Of a stretch of DNA of 64,000 nt, positions 14,337-34,467 are shown in pieces (position 1 is the stretch's first letter; each line of letters opens with the position of its first letter). A model generated the notes under the pieces. It was not told where the DNA came from. It searched no databases and saw only the letters and a list, made by a program, of their open reading frames with translations. This DNA is from Dictyostelium discoideum (lineage: Eukaryota): NCBI GenBank assembly GCA_000004695.1, contig CM000154.2, positions 3,712,001 to 3,776,000 on the forward strand, written 5' to 3'. The position numbers were made by a program, and so were the translations under genes.

Positions 14337-14518
14337 TTTCAAAACTTTTTAATTGTTAAAAAATATTGTTCTTTTTAAGAATAAATTTGATTATTTATAA
14401 AATAAATTATCAACTGATTTTACTTTATTATTTTCATCGTCTTCTTTCTTTTCTGTTGACAAAAAAAAAAAAAATTATTTTTATTTTATTTTAATTTAAA
14501 TATTTACAATTTTATTTA

Positions 14519-17302
<2,784 letters not shown>

Positions 17303-18537
17303 TTTTTTTTTTTTTTCTTTTTTTTTTTATGTGAGTGTGTATTTATATATTTAATATTTAATATTTATTATATTGATATCATAATAAAAAGAAAATATTT
17401 TAGTATTTTGGGATTAAATTAAAAAAGTTTTTTTCATTATGACGTTATCACCTAATCATTTTGAAAAATTAATTTTATTTATTTTTTTATTTTTTATTTT
17501 TTTTTTTTGGTGCTGTTTTTTCCATTTTTAATTTTTTTTTTTTTTTTTTATTTTTATGGTGTGAAAGTCTGAGCTTTTTTGTTAATTTTTTATTTAACTA
17601 AACATTAATTCCAATTCAAAAAAATTTAACTAAACATTAATTTAAATTAATCACAATTGTTAAATAAATGAAAAAAAAAAAGATAATTTTTTTTTTTTAA
17701 AAGTGTCAGATTAGAATGTTTTAATAATGATTTAATTTTATTCATTTTTAATATGAATTTAGTATGGATAAATAGATCACCCAAAAATATACAAAATGAT
17801 ATAAAAAATAAAAAAAATTAATGATTGCAAGAGGGAATATATAAATTTTTTTTTTTTGTACACAAAAAATTAAAAAAACAATAAAAATAAAAAATTTAAA
17901 AAAAATAATAAAAAATAAAACAATTTAATTAAATCAATTTTTTTTTAATTTTACATTTTAAAACAAATTATTTATTTTTTTTGTGATGGATTAATTGGAT
18001 TTGAGATAGAAACCATAATTTCATTTTTTGATTGGAATGAGTTGAGTCTATTTTCATTATAAACAATTGATTGAGAGTTTGAATTTGAATTATTCATTCC
18101 CATTGACAATAAAGATTCTAAATAATTTTTAAAAAAAAAAAAAAATAAGTTTAATTTTCCAAAAAAAAAAAAAAAAAAAAAAAACAAAAAAAAAAAAAAA
18201 AAGTTTAATTTAACTTACTGAAGATTGACATTTATTACTTGGATACAATTACAATTTAATATTACAATGTTTTTTTTTTTTATCTAATAATTTTTCTTTT
18301 TGTTTCTTTTTTTATTAAATACTTTTTTTTTTTTTTTTTTTTTTATTTCTTTTGTGGTGCATTTTATTTTTTTTAATTTTTTATTTTATTTTATATTTAA
18401 TATCAAATTTTATGGCCAATCTTTTTTTTTTTTCACATAAATAAGATGTAATATCTAAAAATTCTAATTTTAAATTCACCACTAGATAATCTCACATTTT
18501 ATCCTCATCAGCCACATAACCCTCAAATTCTAAAAAT

Positions 18538-18576
<39 letters not shown>

Positions 18577-18692
18577 AAACCTTTTCAAATATATAAAATT
18601 ACAAAATCATTTTGCCACACTATTGAAAAGTTTGTCTTTTATTTTTATTTTTATTTTTTTTTTTTTTTTTTTTGTTTTTTTTTTTATTTTAA

Positions 18693-20178
18693 TTAACTGT
18701 GATTAAACATTTTATTTAAAGATTGAGCCATATGAACTGGGCCAGAGAATGGTTTATTAATAATATTTGACCAAACATCATTTATTATATCAAAATGAGA
18801 GAAATTTATAAATGCATAAGGATCAACCCCAACCAAAAATATGGCTTCTTGTCTTGGTGTTAATAATGAAGAAATTGATGAAAATGTATCCAACATTAAA
18901 CCACCGTTCAAAGTGAGTTTATTTTTTAAAGATTCTAATTTACCTGCGAGTTCTAATTGTTTATCAATAGCAGGTAGTGAATAAGAATCAATTGGTGTTG
19001 TTGTTGTTGAATTGTACACTAATTCAGTTGGATTTAATGAAGATAATGGATCAGATGGATATGAGAATATAAATTTATAAAAAAATGATTTTATCTCTAA
19101 ATCTAACATTTGAATTTCTTTAAACATTGATGCACTAACTTTAGTATGTTGAAAACGAATTGAATCCAATTTATTTGATTGTTCAGGTGTAATATTTGCT
19201 TCTTTTTTAAAAGTGTTATACCAATTATGATCATTAGTTACCTTTTGATTATCACCATCATCATTATTATCATTGAAAATATTTAAAACAAATGGACAAA
19301 ATTGACCTGGTGTATAACCTACGATTGATAATCTTAATTGAACGTATGGATTTGCAACTTTTTCAGCCTCGTATTCAATATGTGAGTATCTCTCTTCAAT
19401 AACACGATGATATTGATGTAATAGATAAATCAATGATCTATCATCATTCCTCTCCAATGATAGTTTTAATTGATTTGTGATGGTTTTACAATCTGTCATC
19501 ATTTTCATTATATCATTACTTGGTTTCATTAAATCGACAGAACCTGTTTTTCTTAGAGTTTGATTTTCTTTTTGAATTTTACTATTCTCCATTTCTAATA
19601 ATGATAATTTATCCTCAATCTCCTTTATATAATCTTTCTTTTTTTGTCTATAATTTCTACTTGCTTTATTTTGATTCATTTTTTTAATTGATTCTGTTGA
19701 TTTTTCTTGTTTTTTAGTTTCATTTATAATTTTGGTTTTTTCATTTGTTTCTTCTAAATTTATTTTTGTTGTTTTTGTTGTTGTTGTTGTTAATATTGGT
19801 GTTGGTGTTGGCGTTGGTGTAATTGGTGCAATTGTTGTTGGCGTAATTAGAGTTGGTGTTATTGTTGGAAATGTAGTAAGAGTTGGTGTAATTGTTGGCG
19901 TAATTATTGGATTATTGGTATTATCCAAACTAATTTTGTATTGAGGTATTTTGTAACACTCTTGTTGTTGTTGTTGTTGTTGCTGTTGTTGTATATTTAT
20001 TGGATTATCATTAAAGGGTGGAAATATTGGTTTATTTTGGGAAATTGCATTATTATTTACATTACTAACTACATTACTATTTACATTATTATTTACATTA
20101 TTTGCACCAAGATTTATATTATTTAAATTATTTATACTGTTTACATTATTAATATTGTCGGTTGTTTTATTATTATTA

Positions 20179-20275
<97 letters not shown>

Positions 20276-20643
20276 TATTATTACTATTATTACTATTGTT
20301 ATTGTTATTCATATTATAATTTATACTAGTAATATTGTTATTATTATTATAATTTGAAAATATTTGATTACATTGATCAATATATTGTGAAGGTAATTCA
20401 TAAGGTTTTTGATATTGGTCTTGATATTGTTGTTGACGTTGTTGATATTGATCTTGATATTGTTGTTGATAATTTTGTAATTGTTGTTGGATTTGTGTTT
20501 GTTGTTCTTGTTGTTGCTTTTGTAATGATTCAAGTCGTTCATTGAAATTAAAATTATTATTATTTAAGTAATTATTTGATTCGATACTTTGGACATTTAT
20601 TCCATCATTTGTATATTGTTGTGGGAATTGTTGTTGTTGTTGC

Positions 20644-20719
<76 letters not shown>

Positions 20720-20730
20720 GCTGTTGTTGC

Positions 20731-20761
<31 letters not shown>

Positions 20762-20843
20762 GAAGTTGTGAAAAATCATCCAATAAAAGTAACCACGTAT
20801 TATTTTCTGGCGGAATTGGTAAGAAATTTTGATATCCATCCAT
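18693..20843 (-). CDS. bZIP transcription factor, paralog 2, single exon, 716 aa
   Basis: N-terminus is MDGYQNF...WLLLLDDFSQLQQ followed by polyQ. The basic region is [28 protein letters not shown], followed by a leucine zipper. LIYLLHQYH is present. The C-terminal domain contains LTPRQEAIFLV. Confidence 0.8.
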
Positions 20844-20941
20844 TATTGTTCATATAATTAATATACTATGAATAAAAAATTAAAAAAATTAAAAAAATAA
20901 AAAAAATAAAAAATAAAAAATAAAAAAAAAAAAAATAAATA

Positions 20942-20978
<37 letters not shown>

Positions 20979-21306
20979 ATAATTTTCAATAATTATTTTT
21001 ACTTAATAATTTCCTCTAAAGGATATTCCAAGATTTTAAAATTATCAATACGTGTTGAATCTTAACAAAGAATTAAACTTTTTTTTTTTATATATATATA
21101 TACTTTTTTTTCACATTCATTTTTTTAAATAATTTTGAGTATTTTTGGGTTCTCAATGTATTTATTTTAATCATATTAATAAATAAATAAAATTAAATGA
21201 TTGTTGTAAATGGAAAAAAAAAAAAATGGAAATAAAGCTTGAAATGTATTTTTTTAATTTGTTTAGAAAAAAAAAAAAAAAAAAAAAAAGGAAAACATTA
21301 TTTTAT

Positions 21307-23560
21307 TTATTGATTTGTTGGGTTTCTAAATAATTTTTTTAAAGTCTCACCAATATCAATTGGACCAGAAAAAGAATTTTGAATTATGTTTGACCAAACA
21401 TCTTTAACCAATTCGAAATCTAAAGAATTAGCACAAGCGAAAATGTTAACTTTTGTTAAGAGAACTGCTTCTTGTTTTGGTGTTAAAATTGCAGAAATTG
21501 AAGAGAAAGTGTCTAAAAATAAACTACAATTAAGAGTTAATTTATTTTTCAAAGTTTCCAATTTATTAATGATATCCAACTGTTCATTGAGATCTAATGG
21601 ACCAAAGATTTCAATTGGAAGTACTTTTGAAGCTGGTATACCTTCGATATTATTATCAGTGATATCATTTCCAAGTTGTAATGCAAATACCTTTTCAAAA
21701 AAGAAAGTTTTAATCTCTGAATCTAATTTCTCAAGATCGAATTGAATCTTTTCACTGACCGCACAATATTGAGCTCTTAACGAGTCCAATTTATTTGACT
21801 GTTCAAGAGTTATATTAACCTCTTTTTTAAATAAATTAATCCATGAATCAGCCTCTGGGCCTTGGAAAATATTAATTCCTGATAGGCTTTGTTTTGGAGT
21901 GTAACCAACTTTTGCCAATCTCATTTGTGTGTATGGATTGGCGACTTTGTCAACCTCTTTTTCCATATATAAATATCTTTTTTCAACAACACAATGATAT
22001 TGATGTAAAAGATAGATCAGAGTTCTTTCATCATTAATATCTAAACATTTTTTCATTTCAAGTAAGATTTTATTACCATCTACCATTAATTTCATTAGCT
22101 CAGGTCCTAATTTCATAGCTTCAGCACCTCCAATCTTTTTTAATGATTCATTCTCTTTATGAAGTTTATCATTTTCAATTGATAATGCTAACATTCTCTC
22201 TTCAATTTCTTTTATATAATCTTTCTTTTTTTGTCTATAATTTCTACTTGCAATATTTTGATTTATCTTTTTTAATGATTTTCTTGATGGACTATCAATT
22301 GGTATTTGTAATGATAAATCAATTGGCACAATTTTTGAATTTTGTAAATTTGTTTGATCCAAATTTCCAGTTTCATTTTTGTTTAGTTTTGTTATAGTTT
22401 TTGTATTTGTTGTTGTTGTTTTTGAGTTTGGTTTTAATGTTGAGTTTGTTGTTGTTGTTGAGATTGAGGTTGAGTTGGATGGAGTTGATGTTAATGTTGG
22501 TGTTACTGTTGGTGTTAATGTTGGCGTTACTGTTGGTGTTAATGTTGGTGTTACTGTTGGCGTTAATGTTGGTGTTGTATTATTTGACAAAATTGAATTA
22601 TTATTATTATTATACATTATTAATTTTTCAATGTTAATATTATTGTTATTTATAAAATCAATTGGGAGTTTATTTAAATTTGATTGTTGTAAAATATCTA
22701 CATTTGTTGGCAAAATTGGAAAAAATTGACTATTATTATTGTTATTATTATTAATATTATTATTAACTTGATCACCAATTGAAAATGATGCTATTGATGA
22801 ATATGACGGTGATTGACTTATTGGAGGTGGATCAACATTTTGTTGTTGTTGTTGTTGTAGTAGTTGTTTTTGTTGTGGTGCTACTTGAGACTGTGTTTGT
22901 AATTGTGGTGAAATTGGTGTTGATTGTGGTAGTGTTTGAGGTTGTTGATTATTTTCTGATAGATAATTTATTATATTTATATTGTTTCCTGATAATAGTT
23001 GATTATAATCGATTTGATTGTCATCACTCGTTATTAATAATGAAGATGGGGATATATATGGTTGTTGATATTGTTGTTGATAATCTTGTTGACGTTGTTC
23101 ATATTGTTTTTGACATTGGTGTTGGTAACCTCTTAAATGTTGTTGTATTGTATGTTGTTGTTGTTGTAATTGTTCTAACAATTGAAGTTGTTCCATCAAT
23201 ACTTGTTGATCATATGTATTATTACCATTATTATTATTATTATTATTTACATCATTATAAATATCATTAATAAAATTATTATTATTATTATTATTATTAT
23301 TAATACTATTCTCATTATTATAATTAATATTATTAATACTATTTTCATTATTACTATTATTATAATTAATACTATTATTATTTAAATTTACATTATTATT
23401 ATTTATAATATTATTTAAATTTACATTATTATTATTATTATTATTATTTTTATTAATATTATTACTATTATTATTATTATTTATAATATTATTTAAATTT
23501 ACATTATTACTATTATTATTTATAATATTACTAATAATATTATTAATAGTATTTAAATTA

Positions 23561-23631
<71 letters not shown>

Positions 23632-23838
23632 AGTATTATTATTATTAATAGTATTTAAATTATCATTATTATTATTATTATTAATAATATTATTTTGGTT
23701 TAAATTAATATTGGTATTATTTTGTTGTTGTGGTTGTTGAGATTTTTGAAATTGATTTTGTTGAAGTTGAGAAAAATCTTTTAACAAAAGTGACCAAATA
23801 TTTTTTTCAGGTGTGGGTAATGGATTTTTACTATCCAT
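21307..23838 (-). CDS. bZIP transcription factor, paralog 3, single exon, 843 aa
   Basis: N-terminus includes [13 protein letters not shown]. The basic region is [28 protein letters not shown], followed by a zipper. LIYLLHQYH and [10 protein letters not shown] are present. (TPTV/TPTL)n and polyN tracts occur. Confidence 0.8.
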
Positions 23839-24206
23839 CTTTTATAATTATTTAAATAAAATTAAAAATAAACTATTTTTAAAATATTTGTTCAAAAAAA
23901 AAAAAAAATTTTGAAATTGGTGAAAGAACGTGGACACATAATTTCGATGTGTAAATATTAAGGTGTTGATAAAAAAAAAAAATAAAAAAAAAATAAAAAA
24001 AAATAAAAAAAAAAATAAAAAAAAATAAAAATAAAAATAAAAATTTATTATTGTTTTTGGTGCTTTGCGGTTAAAGCAAATCCCAATTCAAATTGAGGTT
24101 AACAACTGCAATTATTTTTTTTTTTTTTTAAATTTTTTTTTTTTTTTTTAATTTCTGAAATTAAATTAAAAATAGATTTTTTTATTTTCATTTTTTTTTT
24201 TTATTT

Positions 24207-26432
24207 TTAAGGTTTTTCAAAAATTTGACTTAAATCACCAATTTTAAATGGATCACTTGATTTTTTCATTTTTGATTTATTTGCCCAAACATTTGTGATC
24301 ATTTCAAACTTTTTCAAATTGAAACATGAGAATATATCGATTTCAACCAAAAGTAAAGCTTCTTGTTTTGGTGTTAGTATTTTACTAAGTGAGGAGAAAG
24401 TTTCAAACATTAGACAACTATTTTCAAAGAATTTGTTTTTTAATAATTTCAATTTACAAGCAAATTCAATTTGTTGAGAAAGGTCCAAAGGTTTTGAAGT
24501 TTTCAAAGAGATACTATAAGATTGAAAAACAAAAATATTTTGAAAAAAGAATTTTTTCACCTCAGAATCCAAATCATGAATTTCATCCAACAGTTTAAGA
24601 TTATATTCGCAATATTTTTCACGAATGATATCTAATTGAACCGATTGTTGGGATGTGATATTAGCCTTCTCTTTGAAAAGGTTAAACCAGCTATCAGACT
24701 CTATGCCTTGGAAAATGTTGGTTAGGAAAGGTGTAGATTTCAACACGTATCCAATAGAAGCCAACCTTAGTTGTATTTCCGGACTTGCGATTTGTTCAGC
24801 GTCTTTATCAATGGACGAATATCTTTTAGCCACTGCACCATGATACATGTGCAATAAATAAATTAAGTTTTTTTCATTATCTTCTTTTAAAGCCTCGCCT
24901 ATTTGTCTAACAATACTTCTAATCTCTAGCATTAGTTGCTTCTTTTCTGGTGACGGTTTTAAAATAGCCATTGTACCACCTTCATGTTCTTGTTGTCTAA
25001 TTGATTCATTCTCTTTTTTTAATTTTTCATTCTCTAAAGTTAATTCCATCATTTTATCCTCAATATCCTTTATATGATCCTTTTTTCTTTGTCTAAAATT
25101 TCTATTTGCTATATTTTGATTAATTCTTTTTATTGATTTTTTTGATTCATCATCAAATGTTAAATTAAATTGTTGTTGTTGTTGTTGTTGTTTTTGATAT
25201 TCTAATTGTTGTTGTTCTAATTGTTGTAATGTTAATATTTTATTTATATCTGTTGTTTGTTGTTGTTGTTGTTGTTGCTGTTGCTGTTGTTGTGATGGTG
25301 ATATTTGATTTATATCAGTTGAGTTAGAGTTTATTATAGTTGGTACAGGTGATGATGGAGTAGGTGGTGAAGTATTTTCTTTTTGTTTTTCTATATTATC
25401 TCTTTTTTGGTCTACATTCAATGTATTTATTGTGTTATTCGTTTTTTGAGTTTGAAAATATGATAAAAGGTGTTGATCTAACTTTGGTGTATTAAAAAAT
25501 ATTTGTTGAGAAAGAGGCATTGAATTCGATGACTGCTTTGATTGATTCTTTTTATTTATTTCTTTTTGCTGTATTGTTTGTGGTGGTAATTGCTGCTGCT
25601 GTATTTGTGGCTGTTGTAGTTGTATATGTTGTTGTAGTTGTATATGTTGTTGTGGTTGTATCTGCTGCTGTGGTTGTATCTGTTGTTGTACTTGTACCTG
25701 TGGCTGTTCTATTTGTATTTGTTTCTGTATTTGTTGTGGCTGTGGTTGTGTTGGTATTTGTTGTGATTGTATTTGAATATGTTGTAGTTGTGATTGTTGA
25801 GGTAGCTCATGTTGTATTGGTAGTTGTTGAAACTGAGGCTGTTGTTGGTGTTGTTGGTGTTGTTGGTGTTGTTGTTGTAGTTGTTGTAGTTGTTGTTGTG
25901 GTTGTTGTTGTTGTTGTGGTGGTGATGATGGTGATGGTGGTTGTTGTTGTTGTTGTAAGGATTGTGGTGGTTGTTGTAGATTTTCTTGACCTAAATGAAA
26001 TTGTTGTTGAGGAACTAAATCATTTTTTTCAGAATAAATAAAAGAAGGTGGTGTATATGGTTTTTGATATTGTTGTTGATATTGCTGTTGACGTTGTTGA
26101 TATTGTTGTTGATATTGTTGTTGAAAATTATGTAATTGTTGTTGAATTTGGTCATGTTGCTGTTGTTGCTGTTGTTGTAGAAATTGAATTTGTTCAATGA
26201 TTTGAGGTTTATTTTCAATTGATGTATCACTATTTAATGATTCCTCTAAACTTTGAAAATTTAATCCACTTATATTTGTAGTGGTAACATCGCCAGTGTT
26301 AAAATCTATACTATTTATAAAGTTTTCTTGGTTGTTTTGAACAATTGGTAATTGTTGCAATTGTGAAACATCATCAAATAAAAATAACCATGCATTTTCT
26401 GGTTCTAATATGGAATTGAAAGATTCATCCAT
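24207..26432 (-). CDS. bZIP transcription factor, paralog 4, single exon, 741 aa
   Basis: N-terminus includes WLFLFDDVSQLQQ. The basic region is IKRINQNIANRNFRQRKKDHIKDIEDKM, followed by a zipper. LIYLLHMYH and LTPKQEALLLV are present. A Q-rich central region occurs. Confidence 0.8.
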   Translation of the reverse strand: MDESFNSILEPENAWLFLFDDVSQLQQLPIVQNNQENFINSIDFNTGDVTTTNISGLNFQSLEESLNSDTSIENKPQIIEQIQFLQQQQQQQHDQIQQQLHNFQQQYQQQYQQRQQQYQQQYQKPYTPPSFIYSEKNDLVPQQQFHLGQENLQQPPQSLQQQQQPPSPSSPPQQQQQPQQQLQQLQQQHQQHQQHQQQPQFQQLPIQHELPQQSQLQHIQIQSQQIPTQPQPQQIQKQIQIEQPQVQVQQQIQPQQQIQPQQHIQLQQHIQLQQPQIQQQQLPPQTIQQKEINKKNQSKQSSNSMPLSQQIFFNTPKLDQHLLSYFQTQKTNNTINTLNVDQKRDNIEKQKENTSPPTPSSPVPTIINSNSTDINQISPSQQQQQQQQQQQQTTDINKILTLQQLEQQQLEYQKQQQQQQQFNLTFDDESKKSIKRINQNIANRNFRQRKKDHIKDIEDKMMELTLENEKLKKENESIRQQEHEGGTMAILKPSPEKKQLMLEIRSIVRQIGEALKEDNEKNLIYLLHMYHGAVAKRYSSIDKDAEQIASPEIQLRLASIGYVLKSTPFLTNIFQGIESDSWFNLFKEKANITSQQSVQLDIIREKYCEYNLKLLDEIHDLDSEVKKFFFQNIFVFQSYSISLKTSKPLDLSQQIEFACKLKLLKNKFFENSCLMFETFSSLSKILTPKQEALLLVEIDIFSCFNLKKFEMITNVWANKSKMKKSSDPFKIGDLSQIFEKP

Positions 26433-26709
26433 TATTATTACAATTATGCATTGTTTGTATATTAACAGTTTTTAAAATGAAATAAAAAAAAAAATAAAAA
26501 AAAAATAAAAAAAAAAAAAAAAAATGAAATAAAAAAAATTAAAAATAAAAAAAAAAATAAAAAATAAAAATAAATAATAAATAAAAAAAAAAAAAAAATA
26601 ATTAAAAAATCCTTTTTTTTTTTTTTGAGACAGGGGAAAACCGTCCAAAAATGTTGAAAACTGTTTGTCAAATTTTGATTTATTTATTTTTTTTTTTTTT
26701 TCAATTAAT

Positions 26710-28039
26710 TTAATATGTAAATAAAATTAATGACATTATTATTATTATTAAATTAAATGAAAAAGTTGAATTTATATTATTACTACTATTATCGAAATCA
26801 TGTTTTGAAGGAATACCAAAATATGAAGTCCATAAAACTACATTTGGTCTTTCGACATCAAAAGATTGAATTAAGAATTTACTATTAACATTTCCAGTGA
26901 TTGCAACTGGAACAAAATTTGAACCAAATATAATAGCATCATTTGTATTAATATTATGAGTATCCGTATAAATATTTGCAACACTAATTTCATTATCCAC
27001 ATTGACTTTAGCAGTTGGTAACCAAGAAAAACTAGCGGCTAATGGGAAACCATTTATATTAATTTTATTATTATTATTCATTGAAATATCGTATTCCAAT
27101 ACAGCAAAAAATGAAGTTACAGCCAATTTTGAATTTAAATTATTTGAAGCACCTGTTGAAATACAACCAATTTTAATAGGACTACCACTACCATCATCAC
27201 CATCATCATCACCACCATCACTATCATTACCATTACCATTACTATTTACAATACATTCACTTGAACTTTGTTTATTAATATCACTATTAAAATAATCATT
27301 TATTAAAATATCAAATCTTAATAATTCTGAAGACATAATTTTACCATCACCTAAATAAACTGGATAACTTGAAAAATAAAGTACAATAGTGATTAAATTT
27401 TCATAATCACCAATACTAGTTACATTTAATTGAAATACCATAGCATCTTCAAAGAATGAAGGAGTTTTGTAATTTATATATTTATAATCAAATTTATATT
27501 GTAATTGAGCTAGATCAACATATCCTAAAAATTGATCACTTCCATATTGAAACCCATCTTGGTCATTGATTTCTTCATACTCTATTATAAAAGTTGGCAT
27601 GAAAATTGATGTTATACAATTTGGTATAAACTGATTAATGTCATCATAGATTAATTGATAATCAGAGTTATTAAAATATTGGAAATAAAAAGTAAGTGGA
27701 ATTGATGCTAAACCCAAAGTACTGCTAAGTTTATAGGCTACAGCATCCTTTTCAAATATATTACTATTATTTAAAATTGTTCCTTGATTTGAAAAACCTC
27801 TAAAATCAAAAGATGGTGGAGAATCTGATGTATCTAGAATGAAAATTCTAGATACATCATCACCATCAAGTGATCTTAACATTACACCATCTATTTAAAA
27901 ATAGATAATAATAAATATAAAGAATTTTAAAAAAAAATAAAAAAACAAAAAAATTCTTACCTAAACCAATAGTTGATTGTGAGTTTACAAATGAATGACT
28001 AAAAATGAACAATACATATAAAAAAAAGATTTTAATCAT
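26710..28039 (-). CDS. secreted GPI-anchored surface protein, paralog A, 2 exons
   Basis: Exons complement(27961..28039, 26710..27890). Exon 1 is the signal peptide MIKIFFLYVLFIFSHSFVNSQSTIGL, ending at donor GTAAGA. The C-terminal hydrophobic tail IIIIMSLILFTY is a GPI signal. The protein shares SIFMPTFIIEYEE, IGCISTGASNNLNSKLAVTSFFA and FLIQSFDVERPNVVLW with paralog B. Confidence 0.7.
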
Positions 28040-28463
28040 AATAAAATATTGATATTTATAATTGTTGATTTTCTTTTGTTTTAAACTATTGAAAAAACAA
28101 ATTGTTGAAATGATTTTAAAAAAAAAAAATAAATAAAAAAAAAAAAAAAAAGATTTTTTTTTTATTTTGGTGTTTTGTTTTTAAAACTTGAAAAAACAAA
28201 TTTTTTAAAGTTTTTTATTTTTTATTGTGCGGTTTGGTAAAATATTTTTTTTATTTAAAAAATCCAATATGATAATTTTTTGTGGTAATAAAAAATTAAT
28301 TATTTATACATGTATAAATTAATTCATGTATAAATAATTAATTTTTTCAATTAGATTTTTTTTTTTTTTTTATTTCGGATTTAGAAAAATTATAAATACA
28401 TAATTATTAAATTTAATTTATTTAGAATATATATTGGTTTTTTTTTTTTTTTTTCCAATTAAT

Positions 28464-29633
28464 TTATAAGAATAATACAAATAAAACTAATGATAAGATT
28501 AAACCAAAAGAGAAAATTGTTGAAGTTGCTGAATTATCAACTGAAGCACCAATACTTGGATCCCATAAGAGAGTGTTTGGTCTAACGGCATCAAAAGAGT
28601 GGACTAAGAATTTACTGAAAACTTTACCACTTAAAGCACCATTAACAGAGGCAGAACCAAATACTTTACCATCGGCATCACTGGCGGTGGTATTAGCAAT
28701 GATATTTACAGTTTTAACATCTGAACTACCATCGACTTTAACTTGAGCATTTGAAACCCAAGAGAAACCAGCATTTAATGGGGTACCATCAACATTGATT
28801 TCACCATCACCATTGAGAGAGAAATCTAAACCGACGGTGGCATAGAATGAAGTGAGGGCTAATCTTGAATTTGGGTTTGATGATGGACCAGTTGAGATAC
28901 AACCAGCAGTGATGACATTGCCATTGATTGCACAATCTTTAACATTGTTTGAACCATAGTAACCATTGATTAAAATATCGACTTTAGATTGCTCAGCTGA
29001 TAATCTGCTATCGGCCAAATCGATTGGTGCACCTGATACGTAGAATACCATTTGGAATAAGTTTGCATATTTTGAGCCGGAACTTGTTAAGTTGACTTGA
29101 TAAACTGTGAAATCTTTACCATCAACTTCCAATTGAGTGGTTTCTTTGGAGAGGGTGTATGGTAAAATAGCAAGATTGACATAACCTAATAAATCGTCTT
29201 GACCATATTGGAAACCTTCTTGATTATTGGTCTCCTCATATTCAACGATAAAAGTTGGCATGAAAATTGATGAAAGTGAAGTAGCATTAACATTTATTCC
29301 TTGATTTGTGTCAGCTTTGAAATCAAAGTAATTGAAAAAGTAAGTTGGGAAAACTTTAACGAGACCTCTGATTGTATCAAGTTTAAAGATTGATGTATCA
29401 ACTGAAACACTACCACCCTTTCCACCATTTAAAATAGTTCCACCAACTGAAACACCTGTTAATGTAAATGATGGTGAAAGTATATTACTATCAGTATAAA
29501 CATATGAACGGATTACATCTCCATCCAATGATACTGATGCTGCACCACTTAAACCAACAGTACTTTGAGAGTTTACAAAAGCACTAATGCAAACTAATAA
29601 AAATACAGTTAAAATGAAATTTTTAATCATCAT
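28464..29633 (-). CDS. secreted GPI-anchored surface protein, paralog B, intronless, 389 aa
   Basis: Signal peptide is MMIKNFILTVFLLVCISAFVNSQS. The C-terminal tail is IFSFGLILSLVLFVLFL. It is about 40% identical and collinear with paralog A. Confidence 0.75.
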   Translation of the reverse strand: MMIKNFILTVFLLVCISAFVNSQSTVGLSGAASVSLDGDVIRSYVYTDSNILSPSFTLTGVSVGGTILNGGKGGSVSVDTSIFKLDTIRGLVKVFPTYFFNYFDFKADTNQGINVNATSLSSIFMPTFIVEYEETNNQEGFQYGQDDLLGYVNLAILPYTLSKETTQLEVDGKDFTVYQVNLTSSGSKYANLFQMVFYVSGAPIDLADSRLSAEQSKVDILINGYYGSNNVKDCAINGNVITAGCISTGPSSNPNSRLALTSFYATVGLDFSLNGDGEINVDGTPLNAGFSWVSNAQVKVDGSSDVKTVNIIANTTASDADGKVFGSASVNGALSGKVFSKFLVHSFDAVRPNTLLWDPSIGASVDNSATSTIFSFGLILSLVLFVLFL

Positions 29634-30379
29634 TTTTTTTTTTTTTTTTTTAATTAAATAAATAAATTGTTTAGATAATAATATTGGAAGAAAAAAATAA
29701 AAAAAAAAAAAAGCGTTAAATAGTTTTTGATTTGTTTTAAAAAAAAAAAAAAAAAATATAAAAAATTAAAAAAAAAAAATAAAAATAAATATCTTAAAAA
29801 ATTAATTTAAAAATAAAATAAAATAAAAAAAAAAAAAAGTAAATGTACCGAGGATTTTTTCAAATAAACAATGTTTTCATTAAAAATTTTTGACCATATT
29901 TTAATCATTTTTGTAATTAACCTTTTTTTTTTTTAATCACAACCCAAAGAGAGGTTGGGAAAATATTCATCATTAAAACCTTTTTTTAATTAAAAATAAA
30001 AATAAAAAAAAAAAATAAAATAAAAAATAAAAAATTGAAATCTTAACCCACCCAAAATTAAAGAGTTATATCAAATTTTTCTAATAAGCAATGTAATCAA
30101 AAAAATAAAAAAAAATAAAAAAAAATTAAATTAAATTAAAAAATAAAATAAAAAATAATAATTATTATAAATAAATAATAAGTTCAATGTGATCAACTAA
30201 TACCAATTTGTGTTCAAAAAAACGTCATATATTTTATTTGAACATTGTTTTAATCATTTTTTTTTTTTTTTTTTTTTTTTTTTGAATCCTCTAGAAATAG
30301 AAAAAAAAAAAAAAAAACATCATCAAATGGCGATTAACTGCCAATTTTTTAAATTAAAAGGTTAATTAAAAATGCGACC

Positions 30380-30411
<32 letters not shown>

Positions 30412-30662
30412 CTCTTTTATTATAAAATAATTTTCTTTTATATTATTTTATAATTTTTATTTTTATTTTTTTTATTTATTTATTATATACACATGAAAAC
30501 TATAGTAATTTAATAAAATTCTCTATTCAATGAATGATTTTTATTTTTATTTTTTAGTTTTTTTTTTTTTAGTTTTTTATTTTTTATTTTTTTTTATGAT
30601 ATTGCAACTTTATTTTATTATTTATTTATTATTTATTATTTTATTTTTATTAAACATTTTTA

Positions 30663-33923
<3,261 letters not shown>

Positions 33924-34330
33924 TTTGTACATATATTATATATTGAGTTTAAACAAAAAAAAAAAAAAAAAAAAAAAGTATATATACAATATATTGGATA
34001 TATGTGTAATATATGTATACTGTATACTATATACTATATATACTATATATACAATATTTATGTATATAAATATATATGAATATAAAATACAATGTTTATT
34101 CTTTGATTTTGTTTATATTACTATTGTTATTATTAGTTATTTCTATTTACAAAGGTGGGAGGGTCGAAATTGTTGCTTTTTTATTATTTTTTTTTTTTTT
34201 ATTTTTTATTTTTTTATTTTTTTTTATTTTATTTTATTTTATTTTAAATTAAATTTAATAAAAAAAAAAAAAAAAAAAAAATAACCTGAAAAAAAAAAAA
34301 ATATAAAATAAATTTAAAATTTTTTTTGGG

Positions 34331-34361
<31 letters not shown>

Positions 34362-34429
34362 GAATTTTTCGTGTGTTTTGTTTGATCAAACAAAAATAAT
34401 TCATTATTAAGTCTTTTCTTACCCTTTTT

Positions 34430-34467
<38 letters not shown>

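Noticed and set aside
17972-18187. Minus-strand ORF of 71 aa between bZIP paralogs 1 and 2
   Set aside because: It has a poly-F start from an A-run, only about 43 codons of real complexity, no start codon context and no similarity to the bZIP domains. It is probably non-coding.
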